Origin: Methanotrichaceae archaeon
Lineage (GTDB): Archaea; Halobacteriota; Methanosarcinia; Methanotrichales; Methanotrichaceae
Length of the DNA: 64,000 bases
Assembly (NCBI GenBank): GCA_963803145.1
Contig: CAWDLW010000017.1
Span: 128,001 to 192,000 of the forward strand
Direction: 5' to 3'
The notes below the pieces were generated by a model. It made no database searches and was not told the DNA's origin. It saw only the letters and a program-made list of their open reading frames with translations. Shown in pieces: positions 29,280 through 38,578 of this stretch (position 1 is the first letter of the stretch; the number at the start of each line of letters is the position of its first letter). The position numbers and the translations under genes are program-made.

Positions 29280-30758
29280 CTACGCAAACAGGAGCTTTCT
29301 CACCTTCATCGTTGCTAGATCTACTATTGGAACGGCAGCAGGCTGCGGCTGTATATTCATCTTCTTCTGGAACTCTGTCTGAGATTGCCATGTACCGCTG
29401 TTTATGACTGCCACACCCTTGTACCTGGCTATGCCTACAGTATGGACATGACCGCAATGTAATATCGCAGGCGGCCTGGATATTACATAATGATCCTCAT
29501 GCTCAGGGGCTATGGAGACTCTGCCACCGTATACAGGACAAAGATGCCTTCTTCTCAGCATCTCAATCATAGCCTTCTCAGGCTCGCCATAAGAGAGCCC
29601 TGGAATTCTGAGGACAAGATCATCGATACTTCGGCCGTGATAAATTAGAAGAGATGTGCCTCCTAAAGTTACCCAAGCAGGATTGCCTACAAAGAGCTTA
29701 TCGCCTTTGAAAAACTTCTGAACGGATTCAGGCAAAGAAGGCTGGGGCTCCGCCTGCCTTACTATGTCATGATTTCCTGGCGCTATGATAATGCTGATGC
29801 CTTCGCGAATGCTGTTAAGGCACAGCGCAGCCTTCTCATATTGCTCATAAATATCTTTAATAGAAAGATCCTCTTCTTGCCCTGGATAAACGCCTATGCC
29901 ATCCACCAGATCCCCTGCTATGACGATATATTTCACCTGAGCAGCCATGCCGGATGGATCGTTCGTCTCGCAGTTCACCCAACTGACAAACCTTTGCCAA
30001 GCATCCTCTAGGAAGTATTTGGATCCGGCATGAAGGTCTGAGGTCAGTAGAGCATAGCCTGTTCCCGCCTCAAGCGGCCTGCATTGATTTGGCATGTCGG
30101 GCCACATTAGAGATTTGATGAATATACGGCCATTTCCGTCTGATACGCCAGTAACGCCCAGCACCTCATCGGGTAGTATGAACTTGGATTGATCAAAGAT
30201 CTCCGAGTCCTTCTGGATTATGGCTGTGACCATGCCTGTTGGGTCCTCCAATTCTAGTATGCGATTGCCCTTGGCGGTGGTCCTGACATCCATTATCATT
30301 CCTATGAGCGAGACCTCTCTGCCAGATGTGCCTTTGCCCAGGCTCTCTATCGGTCGGGAGTTCAGTCTTCCGGATAGCATCTCCCTTATCTTGGAATACC
30401 TATCACGGAAGTATCTGATGAAATCCTCATACTCCCCTATACAGGTGGATCTTCCTGTTATATCGCAGTTTAGCTCCGCCTTAGGTATGATAGGCTGATC
30501 TGCAGGTGGTGCTGGGTACTTATCCTTGAGTGGCTTGATCACAGTGCAGTTATGAGGAACTACTTGTAATGGCTGCGTGCTGTCAGTTACTATGCATGAG
30601 ACATGAGAAGCATTGACCACTGCAATAGAGCCATCAAGGCTGCTGATGATGCGCCTGATAAGATCATCCTTAATTCCCGGATATGACTTAATGATCTCCA
30701 GGGCATCAGGATCGAGTTGATAGCCCTGCTCGGCAAACCTCTGCACTATCTCAAGCAT
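29280..30758 (-). CDS. DNA polymerase II (PolD) small subunit DP1
   Basis: SDLH, AGDLVDGIGVYPGQ, PGNHD, AEPQP, YHGRS, GHVH and NSGTWQSQTEFQ motifs. Confidence 0.96.
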   Translation of the reverse strand: MLEIVQRFAEQGYQLDPDALEIIKSYPGIKDDLIRRIISSLDGSIAVVNASHVSCIVTDSTQPLQVVPHNCTVIKPLKDKYPAPPADQPIIPKAELNCDITGRSTCIGEYEDFIRYFRDRYSKIREMLSGRLNSRPIESLGKGTSGREVSLIGMIMDVRTTAKGNRILELEDPTGMVTAIIQKDSEIFDQSKFILPDEVLGVTGVSDGNGRIFIKSLMWPDMPNQCRPLEAGTGYALLTSDLHAGSKYFLEDAWQRFVSWVNCETNDPSGMAAQVKYIVIAGDLVDGIGVYPGQEEDLSIKDIYEQYEKAALCLNSIREGISIIIAPGNHDIVRQAEPQPSLPESVQKFFKGDKLFVGNPAWVTLGGTSLLIYHGRSIDDLVLRIPGLSYGEPEKAMIEMLRRRHLCPVYGGRVSIAPEHEDHYVISRPPAILHCGHVHTVGIARYKGVAVINSGTWQSQTEFQKKMNIQPQPAAVPIVDLATMKVRKLLFA

Positions 30759-30799
30759 CGAAAGGGGTATAAGAGCGTACAAGCTGATAAATATGGCTG

Positions 30800-31600
30800 A
30801 TGAGTATCCGAGAACGGTTCGACAATCTCCCACTCCCTGGGTTCGTCAAAGATATAATATTCGTAGTGGTGGTTGTGGGAGTCATCTCCCTGGTATCGCA
30901 GATAGCCGTGGGCCTTTGGACTCCCATGGTTGCAGTGGAATCCGGCAGCATGGTTCCTAACCTGAATATCGGCGACATAATAGTGGTGCAGGGAGCATCT
31001 AGGACAGATGTCATAACATGGGATGATGCAGAAAAGACCGGCTATAAAGCATTCAATAATCCGGGAGATGTCATATTATACCGACCTTACGGCAAGGAGA
31101 GTTTAAACTTAGTTGATCAGGCAAAGGCACTTCTGGGATTGGGTATCCCGCAGGATAAGGCCACGCCTATAATTCACCGCGCGCTAAGCTATGTGGAAAA
31201 GGGAACGCCCATGTGGAGCGGAGGCCCTGACGCACCTTTTTCGGGCTACATAACAAAAGGTGATCATAACGATGTCATAGACCAAAATGCTGGAACCATC
31301 TTTGGTATGGCCAATATCACATATCTACAGGTGCATAGGGACCAGATAACGCAGGTCGGCAGTGGAATATATATGGATAAAAATACTGGTTTGATCATCT
31401 ACCAGAGCCCTCCTATTGACCTTGGCATCATTGGCCTGAAGAATGGAACCTATGTAGGAGAAGGCATAAGCTACTTTACGCCTGTAGAAAAGGATTGGGT
31501 AATTGGTGTTGCAAGAATCAGAATTCCAATAATCGGATACATCAGGCTTCTGCCGAATATAATCGCTGATGAAATTATGAAGATCCTGGGAAGGTCTTAG
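30800..31600 (+). CDS. Signal peptidase I (S26, archaeal Sec11 type)
   Basis: VESGSMVP, GDVI, PIIHRA and YITKGDHN motifs. Confidence 0.92.
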   Translation: MSIRERFDNLPLPGFVKDIIFVVVVVGVISLVSQIAVGLWTPMVAVESGSMVPNLNIGDIIVVQGASRTDVITWDDAEKTGYKAFNNPGDVILYRPYGKESLNLVDQAKALLGLGIPQDKATPIIHRALSYVEKGTPMWSGGPDAPFSGYITKGDHNDVIDQNAGTIFGMANITYLQVHRDQITQVGSGIYMDKNTGLIIYQSPPIDLGIIGLKNGTYVGEGISYFTPVEKDWVIGVARIRIPIIGYIRLLPNIIADEIMKILGRS

Positions 31601-32253
31601 ACCTTTTTGGCTATTACGGCCCAGTGATCATGATGGAATGGCTGGAGATCAGTTGAATACTGCACCTCCATGCCTTTCAGTTCTTCTATTTCAGATTTGT
31701 AAACATCTTTTGGCGAAGCTGTTACGTCTATCGACCTCGTCTTGATCATGAGCAGCAGACAGCCTCCAGGTTTAAGGTATCTAGAAGCATTCAGCACTGC
31801 TATTTCAGCCTGATTGCGCTGTGCTACATCCTGGTAGATAACATCAACGGGCTCAACAAGCGCGCAATACATCTCCGGCCTAGCTGCATCGGCCAGTATG
31901 GGCACTATATTTTCACGCGCCTCGCATAATCTGAGAAGGTCGCGCATAGAGCGCGAGGAGAACTCAACTGCATATACGAGACCTTCGCTTACTACATCGC
32001 TTACATGGCTCACTGTGGTGCCTGTAGCAGCGCCAAGGTAGAGGACTTTGGAATCTCTCAAGAGGTTCAGATCCGGACGACTCTTCAACTTTAGCAGCAG
32101 TGCAGCGAACTTTGACCTGGTGGGGTCCCAGATCCTATAGCCCTGCCAGATGCGTTCGCCGTAAACGGGCAAAGGTTTGGCCGGCAGTGTCGCGACCCTT
32201 CGATGGCCATCGAGGTCGATTGCATAGATGCCCGGATAGATCTCATCTACCAT
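31597..32253 (-). CDS. flpA: Fibrillarin-like rRNA/tRNA 2'-O-methyltransferase
   Basis: VYGE, WDP.RSK, VLYLGAATGTTVSH and YQDVAQ motifs. Confidence 0.95.
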   Translation of the reverse strand: MVDEIYPGIYAIDLDGHRRVATLPAKPLPVYGERIWQGYRIWDPTRSKFAALLLKLKSRPDLNLLRDSKVLYLGAATGTTVSHVSDVVSEGLVYAVEFSSRSMRDLLRLCEARENIVPILADAARPEMYCALVEPVDVIYQDVAQRNQAEIAVLNASRYLKPGGCLLLMIKTRSIDVTASPKDVYKSEIEELKGMEVQYSTDLQPFHHDHWAVIAKKV

Positions 32254-32255
32254 TA

Positions 32256-32678
32256 TTACAGCTCTTTTCCTACCGACGTTGTAGTGAGCTTAACATGCTT
32301 CACGCCTTTCAGTGACATCATTCTTTCAGCGGCCTTTCTCACATCCTGCCCCTCGCCTCTGAGCACAACTACCTCAAGGCAGTTATCATGATCCAGATGA
32401 ACATGCAGGCTCGACTGGATTATGCTTCCGAACTCGTGCTGTATTTCTGTCAAGTTATCAACCAGGCCGCGTTGTGAGTGGGCATAAACAAGCGTTATAA
32501 CCCCGACACGCTCTCCCTGGACATCGCTCATCCACTCATAATGTACGATGTAGTTTCTAATCGCATCTCTTATGCCCTCTGAGCGTGAGGAGTAGCCGCG
32601 CTGGAGTATTATCTCATCAAATCTGCTCAGGAGCTTCTCCGGTAGTGAGACCCCGATTCTCATAAGTTCTTGTTCCAT
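32256..32678 (-). CDS. nikR: Nickel-responsive regulator
   Basis: RHH domain RIGVSL...GYSSRSE.IRD and [11 protein letters not shown] motif. Confidence 0.96.
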   Translation of the reverse strand: MEQELMRIGVSLPEKLLSRFDEIILQRGYSSRSEGIRDAIRNYIVHYEWMSDVQGERVGVITLVYAHSQRGLVDNLTEIQHEFGSIIQSSLHVHLDHDNCLEVVVLRGEGQDVRKAAERMMSLKGVKHVKLTTTSVGKEL

Positions 32679-32762
32679 ATATCCTCGCGACTACTATTCC
32701 CGTGTTACGTAGTAATAAGCTTGGTGGGAATATTTCTGAAATATTCGCTCATATTAGCGAGC

Positions 32763-33373
32763 ACCATAAAGAATTTCCCCTGACGATCGACAATACTATT
32801 TGTATGCCGGATATCGCAGTCATAAGCGATCGCAGTTTCCTGTTTGAGAAGCTCTTCCAGGATCTGGGAGTAAGCTACCAGTTCCTTCAGCCTAGCATCC
32901 TCGGAAGCCCCTTTTTGCCTCAGTACAAGATGGTTTTGATACCGACGGGCTTTGCCCATACACAGTATTCCAAGGCTCTCCCTGCTCTGCAAAGGACCAG
33001 GTCAAATATAGCTGAGTTTGTGCGAAATGGCGGAGTTCTCACAGTCTTCGGGCCGATGGTGGAACATAATTATGAGTGGCTGCCGCTTAAGCTGAAGTAT
33101 GTCTGCGAGTACGGCTCACATACTGTAGAGCCATCGGAGGATGAGTGCTCCTGCCTGCTCTGCACCTTAACGCCGGAGTGCGACGGCTACCTCGTTCCTG
33201 GCGAGGGCTTCGACACCGTTCTAAAGGATTCGAAGGATAGATCTATTCTTGTCGTTGGGAAGTATGGCGAGGGCCTGATCGTTGCCACATCTGTTCATGA
33301 GTTTCCGGCCGGAGACTACATAAAATGGGCGCTTGGAAAGGCTAAGCCGGCCAGGATCTGAAATGGCTGAGGA
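32763..33373 (+). repeat. 611-bp direct repeat, copy 1
   Basis: Near-identical to 55781..56391, from ACCATAAAGAATTTCCCC to ATGGCTGAGGA. Confidence 0.95.
32804..33361 (+). CDS. Hypothetical protein (class I GATase-like fold), copy 1
   Basis: 185 aa; FVR.GG.L.VFG motif; 10 substitutions relative to 55822..56379. Confidence 0.8.
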   Translation: MPDIAVISDRSFLFEKLFQDLGVSYQFLQPSILGSPFLPQYKMVLIPTGFAHTQYSKALPALQRTRSNIAEFVRNGGVLTVFGPMVEHNYEWLPLKLKYVCEYGSHTVEPSEDECSCLLCTLTPECDGYLVPGEGFDTVLKDSKDRSILVVGKYGEGLIVATSVHEFPAGDYIKWALGKAKPARI

Positions 33374-34109
33374 GTGAAGTATTGCAAAGATAGTGCCGGT
33401 AAGCAATAGTATAACCTTCATTTAGCCAATTTAACTTCTAGTAAAATTATTCAAAAACTGAATTGAACGATTTTGGGGCACGTTTTTTGCTATCTTAATG
33501 TATTATTATGAAAAATTCATTACCACATCGGTTTTCATCCTTATTGTATGGTTCAATGAACCATGAAGATTTGTGGCGCAAATAGTAGTTGCTGATTAAG
33601 AACAAATGTGGAAACTTATACTTGAATACGTCCTAGTTTCGTGACAGCCTCATCAAACAATCCCTTGTTCCATCTACGGCGAATTATCGCTTTTTGAGAA
33701 ATTACGAAATTGAATTCGAATGATCTTTTTTCGCGTTGGATTTGTTATTATTGATTTCATAAAGACATAAGCTTCCTAATAAGAAACCAGTATGATCGAT
33801 AATTAACATTAGATCACAGGAAACATTATTAAAACCCGTGGGTAATAGAGGATACGCGTAAATATTGATTATAAATATCAAGACAAAAGATGATGTATAA
33901 AATGGCGACATGAATATACAAATTCCTCCCAGTTTTATCGATATCGTTTCCGTTGGCATCGGTAAATACCTTTTTAGGTTAAAATCCTTTTTACGCAACA
34001 AGTCAATAATTTTTGCCATGTATTTCCCATGATTATTGGTTATTAATGATTTTGGGATTAACTCGAAAAGTATTTATACTTGCTTTTTGCACACGATAAT
34101 TGATGATCG

Positions 34110-34382
34110 TTGATGATAATACCCTTTGTTGCAGTCGGGATAATAATTGCCTGCACCATATTAGTATGCTCATACAGGGCAATCGTCGGACCAGGGACCT
34201 TCAACCGTATTGTTGCTGTGAATATGATAGGGACAAAGGCGATTGTGCTCTTAGTCGTAGTTGGCTACATAATCGAAAGGCCACAATTCATTGATGTAGC
34301 ATTAATGTATGCAGCAATTAGTTTCGTTGGCACCTTAATTATTGCCAAATATGCTGAGAGGGGAGAAATATGCTCGCGATAG
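34110..34382 (+). CDS. mnhF: Mrp/Mnh antiporter subunit F
   Basis: RAIVGP.TFNRIVA and FIDVALMYA.ISFVGT motifs. Confidence 0.88.
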   Translation: MMIIPFVAVGIIIACTILVCSYRAIVGPGTFNRIVAVNMIGTKAIVLLVVVGYIIERPQFIDVALMYAAISFVGTLIIAKYAERGEICSR

Positions 34383-34684
34383 ATATAATATCAACAATGT
34401 TTATGGCAGCCGGTTCGTTGGTTATGATACTCGGGCCCGTGGGGCTTTTGAAATTCCCGGATTTCTATACCCGAATACATGCCGCCGGGAAGGGCGATAC
34501 CCTCGGCCAGATTCTCGTATTATTTGGCTGTATGATTTATGAAGGTTTTACCTTTATATCCATAAAGCTTCTCATGGTGGCGCTTTTTTATCTATTCGCT
34601 GGCCCTTGTAGCACTCATGCGTTGATGAAAGCTGCGTATGTTACCGGCGTGCCGGTGTGGAAGACGGGAGATAAAAGGATGTGA
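34370..34684 (+). CDS. mnhG: Mrp/Mnh antiporter subunit G
   Basis: GLLKFPDFYTRIHAAGK.DTLG and P..THAL.KAA motifs. Confidence 0.9.
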   Translation: MLAIDIISTMFMAAGSLVMILGPVGLLKFPDFYTRIHAAGKGDTLGQILVLFGCMIYEGFTFISIKLLMVALFYLFAGPCSTHALMKAAYVTGVPVWKTGDKRM

Positions 34685-35241
34685 TGGAGATGACAGTGGC
34701 CTTTTCTCCGGAGGATTTGAAACGTGAGAACAGGACATTTAGGATGGTCCTGACCTTTTCCCTCATGTTCATATTCTGGTTGCTCCTGTCAGCTTGGTCC
34801 GTTTATTTCCCCGAGCCCTACGACTTCACCAAAGTTTCACGAGGTGTACTGGCGGCATTAATCGTTACATTCCTCACCTGGGAGATGTTTGTGCCCCGCC
34901 GAGGCGATAAGGTGCTTTTGACGGTGAAAAGGCTCATTCCGTACATCTGCTGGGAGATATGGCAGATTTATCTGGCCGCCGTTGACGTCGCTAAACGCAT
35001 TCTTGGCATCCTGCCTATAGACCCTCGAATAGTTGAATTCGACACTCCAATGCTGAAAAGCGATTTTGCCATGCTAGCATTTGCTACTTCCATCACATTG
35101 ACTCCGGGGACGGTAACAATACTTGTCGACCCAGAGAAGCGTAGGTACACATGTCATGCCATAGCCAAAGAGCCAGGAGATTCTCTGGTGGTGGACCAGG
35201 GCATGCAAAAATATGTGGGATGGGTCTTTGGTGGAGAATAG
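34681..35241 (+). CDS. mnhE: Mrp/Mnh antiporter subunit E
   Basis: FWLLLS, IDP.IVEF and SITLTPGT motifs. Confidence 0.9.
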   Translation: MMEMTVAFSPEDLKRENRTFRMVLTFSLMFIFWLLLSAWSVYFPEPYDFTKVSRGVLAALIVTFLTWEMFVPRRGDKVLLTVKRLIPYICWEIWQIYLAAVDVAKRILGILPIDPRIVEFDTPMLKSDFAMLAFATSITLTPGTVTILVDPEKRRYTCHAIAKEPGDSLVVDQGMQKYVGWVFGGE

Positions 35242-35256
35242 TAGGAGGAAAGAAAA

Positions 35257-35499
35257 ATGATAGTTCCTATTGATCTATTAATTTTAATATTTCTTGTTTT
35301 AATTACGATAGCGGCGCTGTGGACTAAGGACCTTTTAGCTGCGATAGTCCTGACTGGTGCTTTTAGTTTTATAATGGCAAATGTATGGATGCAACTGGGC
35401 TCAACCGACGTATCGTTTACTGAGGCAGCTGTCGGTGCCGGAGCCTCAACTGCTCTGATGATGGCCTGTCTATCGAGAGTACCGAGGTGGGAGAAATAA
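35257..35499 (+). CDS. Mrp DUF4040/MbhD-like small subunit
   Basis: DLLAAIV and DVSFTEAAVGAG motifs. Confidence 0.85.
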   Translation: MIVPIDLLILIFLVLITIAALWTKDLLAAIVLTGAFSFIMANVWMQLGSTDVSFTEAAVGAGASTALMMACLSRVPRWEK

Positions 35500-36134
35500 T
35501 GATACCTCGTGAAATTAAAACTTTGACTTTATTCGGTCTCATGACGGCGATCATTCTTACAGCGGTATCCTTTTACGCTGTTGAGGATCTGCCCTCTTTC
35601 GGGGACGAGAATTCTGCTGTAAATAAATATATCAAGCTATTTAGCGTTAATGAATCCGCCGGATTGGTGGATAACTTAAAAGCAGGCGTCCTTCCCGAAG
35701 AAATTCTAAATAAAATAGAAAAGATGGGATTTATTCATGGCCCTTCAATCCCAGGCGCCCAGAATGAGAATTATCCAACCATAGAGGGAAACTACACAAT
35801 CAAGCGATTCGAACAGGGAACGTGGTATGGTGGACGGATCTATGAAGGGGGATGGGATGTTCTCATCAGAGAAGGGGAGTTATTTTATAACGATCCTAAC
35901 GATCCCCAGGAATGGTATTTTATTAAAGATCCAGTTGACGGAAAGCTGGGCGTCTACAGGTATAACTGGCCAGTTAGGGTCATACAGAGAACCGTGAATG
36001 AGACGGCTATGATAAATAGTGTGACCTCGGGCCTTGCGGATTACAGAGGTTACGATACAATGGGCGAAGAAACCGTCATCCTAACAGGTGCTATTGGTGT
36101 CATATTACTGGTAAGGAGGCGAGGAAGACTATGA
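35499..36134 (+). CDS. Mrp MbhE-like subunit with large soluble insertion
   Basis: N-terminal TM followed by LP.FG; C-terminal NSVT..LADYRGYDTMGE. Confidence 0.82.
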   Translation: MIPREIKTLTLFGLMTAIILTAVSFYAVEDLPSFGDENSAVNKYIKLFSVNESAGLVDNLKAGVLPEEILNKIEKMGFIHGPSIPGAQNENYPTIEGNYTIKRFEQGTWYGGRIYEGGWDVLIREGELFYNDPNDPQEWYFIKDPVDGKLGVYRYNWPVRVIQRTVNETAMINSVTSGLADYRGYDTMGEETVILTGAIGVILLVRRRGRL

Positions 36135-36619
36135 CCCCGGAGACGAGAGAATACAAGAGGGACCTCATAATAGAAATGACTACGAATATAATGTTCCCCT
36201 TGACCCTATTATTTGGGTTGTATGTGATGATAGGCTCAAGCGGGACGGGCGGTGGATTCGAAGGTGGAACAGTACTTGCAGCCGCTTTCATCCTTTATAT
36301 AACCGTCTTTGGCCATGAATTGGGCAGATCAGAGATGATGCCGGAGTCTATTAATGTCTTGTTCAAGAGCCTTGGGCTGTTCTTTTACAATGGGGCTGGT
36401 TGGATATGCGTCCTCTTCAGCCTAGGCACTGCGCAATGGCTGAACATGCCCGCATTTTGGCCTGTGACAGAATTCATGGGCGTAGCAGGGGCGAGGTCAT
36501 TTCTGGTGAGTTACATGGTATCGGCGGGCATAGGGTTGACAGTGATGGCAGCATTCGTCTCGCAGTATTTCGATCTGGCATGGAAAGAGGAAGAAGAGAT
36601 GGGAGGTGATGAAGAATGA
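36131..36619 (+). CDS. mnhB: Mrp/Mnh antiporter subunit B domain
   Basis: LFGLYV...GGGFEGG motif. Confidence 0.85.
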   Translation: MTPETREYKRDLIIEMTTNIMFPLTLLFGLYVMIGSSGTGGGFEGGTVLAAAFILYITVFGHELGRSEMMPESINVLFKSLGLFFYNGAGWICVLFSLGTAQWLNMPAFWPVTEFMGVAGARSFLVSYMVSAGIGLTVMAAFVSQYFDLAWKEEEEMGGDEE

Positions 36620-37071
36620 TGGACTGGATATTCCAACATTTCATTGAAAAATACAACTTCTGGATCGCCATGCTCATCATTATTATAGGTCTTTCTGCAA
36701 CGGTAGTTAAGGAGAATTTCTTAAAGAAACTTATCGGGCTAAGTCTATTTCAATCAGCATTCTTCATGTGGGTCGTATCCCTCGGGGATGTAGGAAGGAA
36801 TATCTTAACTACCTGGGGCTTAAAAACAGGAACCATACCGATTATATGGGAACAGGCAGAGGCGAAAGGATACATATACGTGAATCCCCTGCCCCATGTG
36901 CTCATGCTCACTGGGATTGTCGTGAGCGCTGCTACGACCGCAGTCGCCCTTGCCATTTTGATAAGGATATATCAGCTATACGGGACCATAGAAGAGCCCG
37001 AGATAATTGAGAAAGAGAAGGAATTTGAAAAAGAAGGAGGTGAAGTGAGAAATGCCTCTTCTTCTGGTTGA
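36616..37071 (+). CDS. mnhC: Mrp/Mnh antiporter subunit C
   Basis: NFLKKLIGL, NPLPHVLMLTGIVV and YGT motifs. Confidence 0.92.
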   Translation: MMDWIFQHFIEKYNFWIAMLIIIIGLSATVVKENFLKKLIGLSLFQSAFFMWVVSLGDVGRNILTTWGLKTGTIPIIWEQAEAKGYIYVNPLPHVLMLTGIVVSAATTAVALAILIRIYQLYGTIEEPEIIEKEKEFEKEGGEVRNASSSG

Positions 37072-38578
37072 ACAGTTCCCCGTGCTCATAGTTGGTTTGT
37101 CCATGTTCACAGCCTATACTATGCTGATGATGGGATATTTGAATAAGAAGCTGCCTTTCTACTTGGCCCTAACCATGGATTCCATCTTCCTGGTCTTGTC
37201 CCTGTTCATGTTGAATCACGTCCTAACTGTTGGGCCTATCCGTTACTGGCAGGGAGGGTGGAGGCCGCCCTGGGGGATAGAGTACGTTGATGATGCCATG
37301 AATTGCTACCTCTTGGTAATAGTAATATCAATGGTTATATTGGGATTAATATATTCCAAGAGGAATGTAGAGCATGAAATAGAGGAGAGGAAGCATCCCA
37401 CCTTCTATACCCTTGTTCAGCTCATGGCCGCGGGAATGTTCGGAATAACCATTACCGGCGACCTGTTCAACATGTTCATCTGGCTTGAGATAGCCTCTCT
37501 GACTGCTTACGCATTGATAGCTATCGCCGGCGGGAGAGCACTACGATCGGCTTATAATTACGTAATAATGGGTTCTATAGGCGCATGTTTCTATATCTTT
37601 GGTGTTTGCTGGATTTATTCGGTCACAGGAACACTCAATTTCGGTGACATGAGGCTTTTGCTGCCAGTTGTATACGACAACAAAGCGGTTCAAATGGCCT
37701 TTGCCATGATAGTTGTAGGTGTGATGATAAAGGCGTACATATTCCCCCTTCATCTATGGCAGCCCGATGTATATACTTATGCTCCTTCCACAATAAGCTC
37801 AATAATGGCTTCAGTGCACGTGAAAGTGATGTTCTATATCCTAATCAGGATGTTTTACTCCGTCTTCACGCTAAATTTCATCAAGCACTTCATCGGGCTT
37901 GATATGTTAATATGCTGGGTTGCGGCAATAGCGATACTGGCAGGTTCAATCTGGGCCATAAAACAGCGAAACCTGAAGAGGATGCTAGCTTATTCTTCGA
38001 TATCCCAGATGGGGTATATACTCTTAGGAGTGGGATTATCTCCCTTATCTCCCTGGGGGCTCGTTGGGGCAGTTGCGCAAATATTAAATCATGCCATAGG
38101 GAAAGGTTGTCTATTCATGTCGGCTGGCGCTATCAGTCAGCAGGAGGGATTGCGGGACATAAGGGATTTTGCAGGCTTGGGAAAGAAGATGCCGTATGCC
38201 AGCACAGCCTTTACGATTGCTGCAATCTCTATGATAGGAATTCCGCCAACCGCTGGATTTGCCTCTAAGTTGTTCTTGATTATCGCCTCCCTAGATGCCG
38301 CTCAATATCCCTTCGTGGCGGTATTGCTGTTAAGCGGCCTCCTTAACTTGGTATACTACTGGAGGGTGATAGATCAAATGTGGTTTGTGAAGCCCGATGA
38401 GACAAAAGACACGGGAATGGTCAAAGAAAAAGGCAAAGCGCTTCCTCTTAGCATGACGGCGCCTATGCTGTTCCTCGCGTCTCTTTGTATCATTATAGGA
38501 ATCATCTGGCTCACAAATGTTCCTCTGCTTTTGATCAATCACATCTTAGGGAATTTGAGAATGGGGGTGACCATATAA
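37052..38578 (+). CDS. mnhD: Mrp/Mnh antiporter subunit D
   Basis: GGW.PPWGIE, GDLFNMFIWLEI, FPLHLW.PD.Y, KRMLAYSS and GIPP.AGF.SK motifs. Confidence 0.92.
   Translation: MPLLLVEQFPVLIVGLSMFTAYTMLMMGYLNKKLPFYLALTMDSIFLVLSLFMLNHVLTVGPIRYWQGGWRPPWGIEYVDDAMNCYLLVIVISMVILGLIYSKRNVEHEIEERKHPTFYTLVQLMAAGMFGITITGDLFNMFIWLEIASLTAYALIAIAGGRALRSAYNYVIMGSIGACFYIFGVCWIYSVTGTLNFGDMRLLLPVVYDNKAVQMAFAMIVVGVMIKAYIFPLHLWQPDVYTYAPSTISSIMASVHVKVMFYILIRMFYSVFTLNFIKHFIGLDMLICWVAAIAILAGSIWAIKQRNLKRMLAYSSISQMGYILLGVGLSPLSPWGLVGAVAQILNHAIGKGCLFMSAGAISQQEGLRDIRDFAGLGKKMPYASTAFTIAAISMIGIPPTAGFASKLFLIIASLDAAQYPFVAVLLLSGLLNLVYYWRVIDQMWFVKPDETKDTGMVKEKGKALPLSMTAPMLFLASLCIIIGIIWLTNVPLLLINHILGNLRMGVTI

Noticed and set aside
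33702-34019. 105-aa ORF divergent from the mrp operon
   Set aside because: AT-rich with no recognisable motif; it may be a remnant, but I cannot support it as a gene.
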